From: an uncultured Nitrospiraceae bacterium
Lineage (GTDB): Bacteria > Nitrospirota > Thermodesulfovibrionia > Thermodesulfovibrionales > Dissulfurispiraceae
Assembly: GCA_963705105.1 (NCBI GenBank)
Contig: CAVPIW010000006.1
Location: 640,001-704,000, forward strand
DNA length: 64,000 nt
Reading direction: 5' to 3'
Shown: piece after piece, positions 46,121 to 54,945 of the stretch
How positions within the stretch are numbered: position 1 is the first letter of the stretch
How the letters are laid out: each line of letters opens with the position of its first letter
The notes under the pieces: generated by a model
Told to the model about the DNA's origin: nothing
What the model saw: the letters and a program-made list of their open reading frames with translations, nothing else
Database searches by the model: none
Translations under genes and position numbers: made by a program

Positions 46121-48217
46121 TCATTCCGTTACAATCCATATGGGGTTTGTTACGCACCGGAAAAGCCCCTCGCCCGTCTTGGGGTTTATGCGTGAAGCGG
46201 CCTCCATCCGCAGGTAGCAGGGACTCTCTGTCCATGCTGAAAATGTGTGTACGATGCTGCCATGGAAGCCGCTTTCTTTGTTCCCGAGAGTCGGGAGACC
46301 GATTTCATCGGTTATGTCTGTTTCGGCATCAGCAGTGCCCCGAAAGAGATGTATTCTTTCAATGGGCCCGAACTCCTCATTACTTTGCCATTCAATATGC
46401 AGGTCGAGACTTTCGCCGGGTGGAATAGTGAAAGTGTCGCCAAATCGGTACTCCTTCTCATCTCCTTTCTTGCGGAGGGAGAAAAACACAATGGGGCCAT
46501 CGCTCAGAAGGGCCCTGCCGGCTTTCAGAGCGCCGAGAAGATCAGCCTCAGTCAGCGCCTCGCCAGCCTCTTTCGGCAGATACGCCAGGGTGCGCACCTT
46601 GCCAAAGGCGTTGTCGTTGAGAGTGTGGATGAAGAACACAGGATGGGGGCGGAAGGCACAGTTGAAGTCCATATGGGCGTCTGAGCCGGCGAGGACAAAG
46701 TACTTCTTCAGTGTCTTTATCTGCGTATATTCCCGCAATGACGGCCGGAGAAAGTGCTCAACCCAGTGCTCACGGATTCCCGTGTCAAGATCATGCGACC
46801 AGGACTTCTTCTTGTCAGTCTTTTTGAACATCTCATAGGGATCGAGGTAGGGGCGGTCGATCGAGGAGTCGGTAGTACACTCCATGAGGATCTTTTCATT
46901 GAAGATCTGAAGACCACAGAACAGGTCTCTGTATCGGGGATTCATGACGACGGCATAATCCTCTTCGTGCCAGATGTACCCGTTTGAGGAGGGGTGAGCG
47001 GCATACAGGAATCCCTGTCGGGGCTGCGGACTCAGTAGTATCCGTTCAAAAACCTCTGCCATCGTCAGGGTTCCGAATCCCGCGATGTGCGTGTCCTCGA
47101 TGAAGGGATTATCGTAAGAAAGGACATGCAGGCCGGCAAAGTATTTCCTCACGGTGACCTCTTCGGCGGCGACCAAGAGGACATCGGGATATCGTATGTT
47201 TGTATCAGCCACTGCCTTCTTGTAAGAAGACCAGCGGTTTCCCTGCTCTTCTTCCTCGTCGGTCTTCGTGTGGCCAAGGCAATAGGAATGGTCGGTCACT
47301 GTCACCCAGGCAAGACCCGTTGCTCTGGCTACCTCGGCACTCATCGGCAGGGGGCTGCCGTACTCGTAAGGGTTGTCGGTAAAGTCAGAGTGGAAATGCG
47401 TGTCACCATACAGCCATCCGTCAACCCGGGGTAGATCGTATTCAGAGACAAGAGTGCGGAGGACGATCTGCTTACTCCTGTCGATTCCGAGAAAGCCTTC
47501 AAATGTGATGATGACGCAATAATGGAGGTAACGGGCCTTTCCATACGCGGGATGGGTCCAGTCGACGGGCGTGAAACATTTCCTGTCGAGATGAATGATC
47601 CTGTACCAGGGATCGGTGTTGACCGTCTCGTAATCCTCGCCTTCGTCGAACCTCAGGGGAGCAGGCATGCCGTTTTCCTCGACCTCTGCACCTTTGGTGT
47701 CAAGCACCTTCACTATACTGCCGGGAGGAAGCGACTGCGGCGTGCCTCCCGATGACGACGTCCAATGATTGAAGGCGATGGATCGGATTCTGATCTTTAC
47801 GGGACCAACGTCTTTAAGGTATACAATCACAGGGACATAAGGGCAGCTCTTTTCAAGCCGGTAGGGCGCGTCGACCACGAGATCCATGGCAGGCGTATTC
47901 GGCTGTTTTGCGGCTGCTCTCTTTTCAAATTTGTGTTCTACTTTGTCCTTGTCCAGCTCTATTGTTTGGCCCTTGACGATAGGACGTCCGGTGTCGGCAT
48001 CTATGACCTTGAGCGTATAGGTGCCCCTTGGAATGCCTTCAATCTCGACGTAATATGTGCCATTATCTTTCTTTAGCTTGGTGTAGTCCTCCAGGGCGGT
48101 TCGAATCACTTTCCTGGATCTCTCTCGCTTGAGCTCGATGATCACCGGCTGCCAAAAGCGACCCATTTCATGGTCACCGATGTCGAAAGCAACCCGTATT
48201 GTTCCTCTATCTCCCAT
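46121..48217 (-). CDS. PHP-domain (CehA/McbA-like) metallohydrolase with N-terminal beta-sandwich domains
   Basis: GDTHFHS, VTDHS, AAEE, AAHP, AGSDAH, ALKAGR, C-terminal TNPIW. Confidence 0.8.
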   Translation of the reverse strand: MGDRGTIRVAFDIGDHEMGRFWQPVIIELKRERSRKVIRTALEDYTKLKKDNGTYYVEIEGIPRGTYTLKVIDADTGRPIVKGQTIELDKDKVEHKFEKRAAAKQPNTPAMDLVVDAPYRLEKSCPYVPVIVYLKDVGPVKIRIRSIAFNHWTSSSGGTPQSLPPGSIVKVLDTKGAEVEENGMPAPLRFDEGEDYETVNTDPWYRIIHLDRKCFTPVDWTHPAYGKARYLHYCVIITFEGFLGIDRSKQIVLRTLVSEYDLPRVDGWLYGDTHFHSDFTDNPYEYGSPLPMSAEVARATGLAWVTVTDHSYCLGHTKTDEEEEQGNRWSSYKKAVADTNIRYPDVLLVAAEEVTVRKYFAGLHVLSYDNPFIEDTHIAGFGTLTMAEVFERILLSPQPRQGFLYAAHPSSNGYIWHEEDYAVVMNPRYRDLFCGLQIFNEKILMECTTDSSIDRPYLDPYEMFKKTDKKKSWSHDLDTGIREHWVEHFLRPSLREYTQIKTLKKYFVLAGSDAHMDFNCAFRPHPVFFIHTLNDNAFGKVRTLAYLPKEAGEALTEADLLGALKAGRALLSDGPIVFFSLRKKGDEKEYRFGDTFTIPPGESLDLHIEWQSNEEFGPIERIHLFRGTADAETDITDEIGLPTLGNKESGFHGSIVHTFSAWTESPCYLRMEAASRINPKTGEGLFRCVTNPIWIVTE

Positions 48218-48547
48218 GTCTCCTCCTAAAGGCTATACCCCGCAGTCAAAAAGGTTCCGGCAAAAAGGCCGAGCCCACTGAACGCGTCTATCCTTCGGCA
48301 GCTCTGCCACCTTATCGTTACATAAGACCCGCCGCTTTCCGTCGCACCCTCGCAGATGGGTTCTTCTTCGTGATTCAAAGGCTGATGCGGCGCTGCGCAG
48401 TACCCGCAGGTCGTCTGTTTCGAGCTGGCTATCAATCGTCGCATTTATCCTATTTCTGATTTCTATATACATATATAACAGAAAATATCGACATTGTCTT
48501 GACATTTCTTCTCTTTCTTTTGATCTTTTTTGCTTTTTTACCTTATC

Positions 48548-48728
48548 GTTGCAATGTACTCCCGGGAAAGGGGGGGTGTATGCGCCGAAAACCTTGCTGC
48601 GGCGACACCTGTATCAAAACGCGAGATGAACTATACGCCAATGTCTGAAAAAGGAGCCTTTTTGCTGACACTTACACTGCCACTGACACTGTTCTTCAGA
48701 GCGCTTCGCCCCCCCTTTTTTATGCAAC
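48548..48728 (+). repeat. Intergenic repeat family copy; right boundary of the gasdermin cassette
   Basis: Direct repeat of 33618-33797. Confidence 0.9.
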
Positions 48729-48917
48729 TCAAAGGTTTACAATTAGGTCGAAGCGGACATCGGGGAGTGCGCAACTCTTGGGCGCAGATGATTGTCAGGA
48801 AAAACCTTGCCTTTGCCCGCACAGGCGCCTTCGCGGGTTATCGGCATGAATTGAGAATAATCCTGGACTCTTTGAAACGATGACGTGTCAGTAAAAGCCG
48901 CGGTCCGGCATTCCCCG

Positions 48918-49424
48918 CCGCACCTGTTATCTCTGCATCTTCCTGATTATTTCGCCCAGCTTCTTGATTTCTTCTCCGTATAACGCCCAGTTCCCCTCCC
49001 TTTGGGCATTCATAGCGCGGTCATAATGCTCCCTGGCATTCGAAGCGAGATTCTTTTCATCCTTCACAGCAGGAAGCTGCAGGGACTTCAAAGGCGCCGC
49101 CTCTTCCGAGACCCTGACATCGCCGAATATCCTCGAAAGCGCGGCATCGAGCGTCTCCTCCATGGCGATGCGGTTTTCGTATGCGACGACGACCCTTTTG
49201 AGTTCCGGTATCTTGCCCTTGTCCGCCCTGAGGTAAAGCGGCTGAACATATATCAGGGAATTTTCGATCGGTATAACCAGCAGGGTCCCCTGCATCACCT
49301 GTGAGCCGCGCTGGTCCCAGAGAGATACCTGCCTTGATATCTCGGTATCCTGATTGATTCTGGCGACTATCTGTTTCGGCCCGTACACGAGCCTGTCCTT
49401 CGGAAAACGGTATTACGAGCTTCC
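48918..49424 (-). pseudogene. Duplicated 3' ~500 bp of the UPF0182 gene
   Basis: Near-identical to 51044-51552 with scattered substitutions (IIRKMQR vs IIKKMQK); 5' part of the gene missing. Confidence 0.9.
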
Positions 49425-49427
49425 GGC

Positions 49428-49898
49428 ATGAGGTTCCGCTACGACCAATCGCGGCCGAAGTTCGACGCCGTCACGGCCATTAAGCTGGGTGATCTCGATC
49501 GCGGCTACAAGACTATCGACATCAGTGGCAAGGACGGACGCTTGTACAGCCTCACCTGCCCCCTGATGGTCGGCCAGTTTATCGTGGCCATCCCCAAGTA
49601 CACCAAGGGCAAACTGCCGCTCGTAGCCAAAAACAGGAAGGGACAGCAGCTCAAGTCCAAGGTCGAGGCGCTCGAAGAGCCGCACGACAGCACTACTCCG
49701 TACGTGCTGCCGCCGCAGGGCAAGATGGACGGGAAGAGTGTCGCCACCGTCGGGAAGAGTAAAGCCGGTCGTGAGATCAAGGAGTGGCAGGCGATCATGG
49801 ATTACCTCCGTAGCCTGCCGGTCAAGAGCAAAGGCGATCTGCCCGTGATCCCGGTCGATGAGCGCGCCGCAGAGGTCCGGGCGATCAAAGAGGGATGA
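49428..49898 (+). pseudogene. C-terminal fragment of a 5'-nucleotidase / UDP-sugar-hydrolase-like protein
   Basis: Begins abruptly at the duplication junction with (SG)MRFRYD..R.KFD.VT.I; ends EIKEWQAIMDYL. Confidence 0.55.
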
Positions 49899-50262
49899 TG
49901 GCATCAACCAGAAACGAACGATTTTGTTCGCAAACTAAAGACGCATAAGTCGGGGGGGTAAGGTCGATATCTCACCCATTTTACGTCACAGCACTACCAG
50001 ACTGCTGAATCACTTGACCTGTCAAGAAATATCGTTTTGTAGCTGTACTTCTTTTCCTCAGTTTTCTCTCAGGGTGTTTTATTCTGGTTGAAGAACAAAA
50101 CCGCTGCGCGGTTGGTGATGAGTAGTCAGTGCAGTGAAACAAGATAGAGCTTTTCTGCGGATTTGGCGGATTCGTCGCATATGTCGCAGCCCTCCTCGAG
50201 GATACCTTGAATCTCGATTGCAGGGCCACGACGCCCCTTCTGAAAATAACCATTAGGAAATT

Positions 50263-50309
50263 TGACGGCCCACAAACCCCTGGCTTCAGCCATGGGTTAA
50301 GGGCCGTCA
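50263..50309. mobile_element. IS200/IS605-like terminal hairpin remnant
   Basis: AAACCCCTGGCTTCAGCCATGGG, enclosed by inverted TGACGGCCC / GGGCCGTCA; no transposase nearby. Confidence 0.5.
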
Positions 50310-50396
50310 TGCCGGAGAGAAAATAAGGAAGAAAGGAAAGATAGGTCTGAACGACCTTTTTTTTTGATATAATGAGAACGAGACGGAGGTGCTGAC

Positions 50397-50630
50397 ATGA
50401 GTGAAAAGAAAGAATATAGATTTACCGTCCTCGTTGAACCCTGTGCAGAAGGTGGGTATTTTGCCATGTGTCCCGCTTTCCCGGGATGTCACGTGGAAGG
50501 AGAAACGTATGAAGAAACGCTTCAAGAGATGAGACGGGCGATAGATGCATTTATCGAGGACTATATCGAGGAGGGAGAGGCAATTCCCGATGATGATGTA
50601 ACCATCACCACCCTGAAGGTGGCTGTGTGA
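50397..50630 (+). CDS. hicB: HicB-family antitoxin
   Basis: FTVLVEPCAEGGYFAMCPAFPGCHVEGETYEE. Confidence 0.88.
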   Translation: MSEKKEYRFTVLVEPCAEGGYFAMCPAFPGCHVEGETYEETLQEMRRAIDAFIEDYIEEGEAIPDDDVTITTLKVAV

Positions 50631-50866
50631 GTCCGAAGTTTCCCGCCGTAACGTCAGATGAGGTCATCAGGATAATCACGAAGATGGGTTTCAGGTTCAA
50701 GCGCCAGGCCGGTACCAGCCACGCTATTTATTTCAGGGAGAGTGATAAGCGCAGGACGACCATTCCTGTGCACTCCGGCAAGACCGTAAAACGAAAAACC
50801 CTCAAGTCAATACTATTCGACATAGGCCTGACAGTTGAGGAATTCTCCGAACTCCTTCACAAATAA
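50627..50866 (+). CDS. hicA: HicA-family toxin (mRNA interferase)
   Basis: IITKMGFRFKRQAGTSHAIY...TTIPVHSGK...TLKSIL; GTGA overlap with hicB. Confidence 0.88.
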   Translation: MSPKFPAVTSDEVIRIITKMGFRFKRQAGTSHAIYFRESDKRRTTIPVHSGKTVKRKTLKSILFDIGLTVEEFSELLHK

Positions 50867-51052
50867 TGCAATACCTCCCATAGGTTATGAACGGAAATCC
50901 TCGAGCAGGCAGCCCTTAGTGATCGGAGTTGGCAACACCGATCAGGCCATCTCATGAGCAGTCACTTGACGCAAATTCGTGATGTCGCGCAATGGCGAGT
51001 CACCTTTCTCGAAAAAGGTCGAAAAATCTGCCTGTCTCATTTTCCGCACCTG

Positions 51053-53752
51053 TTATTTCTGCATCTTCTTGATTATTTCGCCCAGCTTCTTGATTTCTTC
51101 TCCGTATAACGCCCAGTTCCCTTCCCTCTGGGCATTCATAGCGCGGTCATAATGCTCCCTGGCATTCGAAGCGAGATTCTTTTCATCCTTCACAGCAGGA
51201 AGCTGCAGGGACTTCAAAGGCGCCGCCTCTTCCGAGACCCTGACATCGCCGAATATCCTCGAAAGCGCGGCATCGAGCGTCTCCTCCATGGCGATGCGGT
51301 TTTCGTATGCGACGACGACCCTTTTCAGCTCCGGTATCTTGCCCTTATCCGCCCTGAGATAAAGCGGCTGAACATATATCAGAGAATTTTCGATCGGTAT
51401 AACCAGCAGGGTCCCCTGCATCACCTGTGAGCCGCGCTGGTCCCAGAGAGATACCTGCCTTGATATCTCGGTATCCTGATTGATTCTGGCGACTATCTGT
51501 TTCGGCCCGTACACGAGCCTGTCCTTCGGAAATCGGTATACCACGAGCTTCCCGTAGTTATCTCCGTCACTGCGTGCAACCATCCAGGCCGAGAGGTTGT
51601 CCTTTTTCTTCGGGTTGAAGGGAAGCATCAGGATAAACTCTTCCTTCTTCTCTTCAGGCAGTTTCATGATCGTGTAATACGGCTCCATCACCTCTTCTTT
51701 CGCGGCGGTCCCCATTGCGGGTATCTCCCACTGGTCTTCCTTGTTGTAGAAGATCTGCGGGACCTCCATGTGATAGGTCGAATACACCAGGGTCTGAAGA
51801 CCGAAGATATCCAGGGGATACCTGACATGTCTCTTCAGGTCAGCCGGCATTTCAGAAAAGGGCAGAAGCGTGCCGGGGAAAATCCTGCTTATCGTCCTGA
51901 TAATGGGGTCATCCTTGTCTGCCATGTAAAACTTCATGCTGCCGTCGTATGCGCTGATGGTCACTTTCACCGAGTTCCGTATGTAATTGATCCCGTTCCC
52001 TATGGGCTGCGAATAGGGGAATCGTCTGCTCATTGTATAGGCGTCGTACATCCAGAAAAGTCGGCCGTCATCAGACACGACCATGTACGGGTCGTGGTCA
52101 AACTGAAGAAACGGCATCACCTTGCTGACTCTCTGAAGGATATTTCTGTTGTACAGGACCCTGCTTTTATCGGTTATGTCATTGGAGAGGAGCAGCTTCA
52201 GCGAGCCGTAATAGACCGAGAAAGCGAGTTTCCTGAAGAATGAATCTATGACGACCCCGCTTTTGCCTGCATACTCCGCAAAGACATTCGCCTCTCCTGA
52301 CGGATAATCGAACTCCTTTGACTTTGTATTGACGATGACATATTTGCTGGACAGCTTGCCGTAGTAGATTTCGGGCCTGCTGACCTTTATGTTGGCCACA
52401 GCCGACACCGGGGGAATATCCTTAATAAGCAGCACCGGGAGTCCTTCGGGTGTCACCTGGTTCACCGGCCCGAGGGTCAGGCCGTATCCATGGGTAAAGG
52501 TCAGGGTCTCGTTTATCCAGTTTCGTGTCGGGATGCTTTCCGTCGACAGTTCTCTGGGGGAAAGCATCGTCTGGCGGTATTCCCCGTTGATCATATAACG
52601 GTCATTGCCGACCATGGTGAAGTCGTAATAGGTGCGTATCTCCTGAATCTGGCTGAAGGTATCAAGCAGCGGACGGTGGTCCCAGAGGCGGATATTCTTT
52701 ATGGTCGCACTGTTTTTCTTAATGTCATCCCGGTTAATCGTGGTGCTGCCCGAGGTGTCCCTTTCTTCGACCGAGTCAAGGCCGAAGCCCTTCCTTGTTG
52801 ACGCTATATTATGCTTGATATAGGGGGTTTCCTTTACGAGTTCATTCGGCGCGACGACCAGTTTCTGGAGAATGGCCGGGTACAGGGAGTTGCCGATAAG
52901 CGATGCTGCGAAATAGAGCGCTACGGTCCCGATCAGGATCAGATTGCGTCTCAGGACGATATTGCCTATGAAGAGGGCTGCGGAGGCCAGCGCGATGAAT
53001 ATCTGTGCTTTCATGAAGGGGATGACCGCATGAACGTCCGTGTAGATCGCACCTGCCACGTGACCATGCGACGAATACAGGATGGCATGCATCCCCGTAT
53101 ACGTCCTGAATGCCAGCACAAGAAAAATGAGAGACCCGATCACGGAGAGATGTGCTGAGGCGGAGCGCTCAGAGACGAAGCCTCTCGGGGTCAGCAACAC
53201 GGCGCCCTTCACCAGGTAGTTCAGGACTGATACAACAAGGGATGCCCCCAGAGTGAACATCAGGACCGAGGATATGATGTCGTATGCAGGGAGGGTAAAC
53301 AGATAGAACGAGACGTCTTTGCCGAATATCGGATCAGTATAACCGGCATCAACCTTATTGAAATAAGAGAGGACTTCCAGCCAGCTGTTATTGAGCAATA
53401 ATCCCGTAAAAAATCCGATTGCTGCCGGCGCAATGATCTTCAGGCGGTCAACATGTCTCAGGATATAAAGCTGAGGCATTGCCTGATTGTCAAAGGTCAG
53501 GGCGACAGACCTGCCCTTTGTCGCCTGCATGGAGATCCAGATGTTTATAAAGGAGATGATAAAGCCCGCAAGCCCGCCGGCCAATGCCAGGATTGCCTGG
53601 GCACGTAACCGGACAGTAAACATATCCTCGAAGTTGACATCTTTAAACCACAGCCAGTCAACATACAGAGAAATGAACTGCGGCAGAAGAAACAGGGCAA
53701 GAATGAATGCGAATAAGACTGACAGTATCTTTTTCGGTAATCTTACGGGCAT
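51053..53752 (-). CDS. UPF0182-family membrane protein
   Basis: YVDWLWF, DPIFGKDVSFYLF, NIRLWD, QEIRTYY, THGYG, NYIRNSVK, FYNKEDQW, YVQPLYL. Confidence 0.92.
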   Translation of the reverse strand: MPVRLPKKILSVLFAFILALFLLPQFISLYVDWLWFKDVNFEDMFTVRLRAQAILALAGGLAGFIISFINIWISMQATKGRSVALTFDNQAMPQLYILRHVDRLKIIAPAAIGFFTGLLLNNSWLEVLSYFNKVDAGYTDPIFGKDVSFYLFTLPAYDIISSVLMFTLGASLVVSVLNYLVKGAVLLTPRGFVSERSASAHLSVIGSLIFLVLAFRTYTGMHAILYSSHGHVAGAIYTDVHAVIPFMKAQIFIALASAALFIGNIVLRRNLILIGTVALYFAASLIGNSLYPAILQKLVVAPNELVKETPYIKHNIASTRKGFGLDSVEERDTSGSTTINRDDIKKNSATIKNIRLWDHRPLLDTFSQIQEIRTYYDFTMVGNDRYMINGEYRQTMLSPRELSTESIPTRNWINETLTFTHGYGLTLGPVNQVTPEGLPVLLIKDIPPVSAVANIKVSRPEIYYGKLSSKYVIVNTKSKEFDYPSGEANVFAEYAGKSGVVIDSFFRKLAFSVYYGSLKLLLSNDITDKSRVLYNRNILQRVSKVMPFLQFDHDPYMVVSDDGRLFWMYDAYTMSRRFPYSQPIGNGINYIRNSVKVTISAYDGSMKFYMADKDDPIIRTISRIFPGTLLPFSEMPADLKRHVRYPLDIFGLQTLVYSTYHMEVPQIFYNKEDQWEIPAMGTAAKEEVMEPYYTIMKLPEEKKEEFILMLPFNPKKKDNLSAWMVARSDGDNYGKLVVYRFPKDRLVYGPKQIVARINQDTEISRQVSLWDQRGSQVMQGTLLVIPIENSLIYVQPLYLRADKGKIPELKRVVVAYENRIAMEETLDAALSRIFGDVRVSEEAAPLKSLQLPAVKDEKNLASNAREHYDRAMNAQREGNWALYGEEIKKLGEIIKKMQK

Positions 53753-53822
53753 ATGACCCCCTCACCGGCATTACGGTATCTCTAACACATCTTACCACCA
53801 TCGAGTCTTAAAAAACCTTTCA

Positions 53823-54019
53823 GTTGCATGAAAAGGCGGGGCGAAGCGCCTCAAAGCCTTGCTGAAGGCGACGATGAGCCTCGTCGGGTTCGTCATTCAG
53901 GATTCCACTCTTCGTGTCATCGACCATTGGTGTATGGATTGTCTTTCGTTCTGATACAGGTGTCGCCGCAGCAAGGTTTTCGGCGCATACACCCCGCCTT
54001 TCCAGAGGGCGTATGCAAC
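53823..54019 (-). repeat. Intergenic repeat family copy (same subtype as 13705-13902)
   Basis: Reverse complement closely matches 13705-13902. Confidence 0.85.
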
Positions 54020-54174
54020 GATAAGGAAAAGATATCGGATTGAGTCGTTGAACAATGCAACTCGGGAGTTTCGCGGTGATGAATGGCATGCCTTGCAGAA
54101 TTTGACACACCATCCGTTCACTGGTAACATGTTTCTATAAATCTCATACCTCCAGAAAGGAAAAGGAGACAAGC

Positions 54175-54381
54175 ATGCCGAAGAAAAAAAACGTTGCAGC
54201 CCCTTCTGAATCCCCGTGGATGACCGAATGTGATGTCATCAGGTATAACCTTAAAATACCGGAGGACCTGAAAGAACAGCTGAAGAAAGAGGCGTTGGAT
54301 AGGGAGATGGATATGAGCTCATACATGTGCGGGCTCCTCGCCGGCGACATTAAAAGAAAGAGATCACGGAAAAAAATCTGA
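54175..54381 (+). CDS. Small ribbon-helix-helix-like DNA-binding protein
   Basis: RYNLKIPEDLKEQLKKEALDREMDMSSY; AAGGAG RBS. Confidence 0.6.
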   Translation: MPKKKNVAAPSESPWMTECDVIRYNLKIPEDLKEQLKKEALDREMDMSSYMCGLLAGDIKRKRSRKKI

Positions 54382-54512
54382 AGACCCCCCGCTTTCATGG
54401 TCGCCACTCCCGCTCTTGCCTTCGGCGCATGCTTTTGGTAACATTCATCGTGAGGAACACCGGTCCCCAAACCGCGGGAATATGACCGGCACAATACCAT
54501 AAGGAGGCATAC

Positions 54513-54629
54513 ATGGGAGACAAGGGCGGCAAAAAGGACAAAGACAAGGGCCAGAAACAGAAGGCGACCAAACAGGCAAAAGACCTGAAAGAGAAGAAGG
54601 ACAAACAACCCAAAAGCACACTGAAATAG
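54513..54629 (+). CDS. 38-aa Lys-rich small protein MGDKGGKKDKDKGQKQKATKQAKDLKEKKDKQPKSTLK (not in ORF track)
   Basis: AAGGAGG RBS at 54501-54507; followed by hairpin GGGAGCGG/CCGCTCCC. Confidence 0.65.
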   Translation: MGDKGGKKDKDKGQKQKATKQAKDLKEKKDKQPKSTLK

Positions 54630-54650
54630 GGAGCGGTCTCCGCCGCTCCC
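54629..54650 (+). terminator. Putative terminator hairpin
   Basis: GGGAGCGG-TCTCCG-CCGCTCCC directly after the stop; no strong U tract. Confidence 0.4.
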
Positions 54651-54945
54651 ACAGGTTCTCGCAAAACATTGAGACTGCAGATACGGTGATTTTTCATATG
54701 AACCATCGTCAAAGGACTTCCGTCGGATTCACATGCTTCCTCGTCGGTGTGATTAACCCCGACGTTGATTATCGTGTAGTCCATGCCCGGGATTTCTTCC
54801 AGTCTCCAGTCGACATGCTTGTGTAAAACATCTTTGATTGTCGGGGTCCTGTGTCTGCAATCAATCTGGACAAATGGATTCGCCAGTTCAAGAATACAAA
54901 GAGGCTGGGTCTACCATGGGATTTGCCGCATTCGGAAGGGGAGCG

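Noticed and set aside
8397..54019. CRISPR array or integron attC array from the recurring repeats
   Set aside because: Copies are ~190 bp, kilobases apart, in both orientations and next to housekeeping genes; no cas or integrase gene seen
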